A program made the translations under genes and the position numbers. Positions 63,901 through 64,000 of a stretch of 64,000 nucleotides of DNA are shown here, one piece after another (the stretch's first letter is position 1; every line of letters starts with the position of its first letter). The notes under the pieces are model-generated. The model saw nothing but the letters and a program-made list of their open reading frames with translations. It did no database searches and was not told the DNA's origin. The DNA lies in assembly GCA_002633005.1 (NCBI GenBank), contig NMRA01000308.1, forward strand, positions 248,001-312,000, written 5' to 3'. Source of the stretch: Phoronis australis (Eukaryota; Animalia; Phoronida).

Positions 63901-64000
63901 TCAACTGTTTTCTTACGCAATATTCTACCTATCCATACCAAATATATGTAAAAAATCATTATGATCTTGATTTTTATGGCATTTTTTGCGTGTGAGTTGG

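Noticed and set aside
62600-64000. TTAAAGG-starting segments (~62600, 63378) resembling Kolobok-like left ends
   Set aside because: Matching right ends are not visible in the window.

Overview
Eukaryotic (metazoan, probably invertebrate) genomic DNA, AT-rich and intron-rich; no prokaryotic features. By manual splice-site reading I reconstructed three minus-strand genes. Two are tandem PDGF/VEGF-family growth-factor (PVF) paralogues: PVF-A at 11795-16516 (7 exons, 291 aa) and PVF-B at 22884-30130 (6 exons, 303 aa). The third is Mediator subunit MED16 at 38885-49160, with one exon apparently lost in the 444-N gap. There is also an intact tRNA-Lys(UUU) at 54123-54195. The PVFs combine a PDGF-like N-terminal propeptide, a cystine knot, VEGF-C/D-like Cys-rich repeats and a shared C-terminal Cys/FDIF module I do not recognise; PVF-A ends in a candidate amidation signal (F-G-R-K-stop). 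The pair differs by one exactly placed intron and shares a 24-nt micro-exon. Non-coding DNA is rich in inverted-repeat elements: a ~2.5-kb near-spacerless palindrome and a ~2.2-kb foldback element bracket the tRNA, and a TTAA-flanked foldback carries a THAP-like start in both arms. Also present are an L1/Tx1-type LINE relic, several minisatellites, and four near-identical duplications joined by single Ns that look like haplotype-overlap assembly artefacts.
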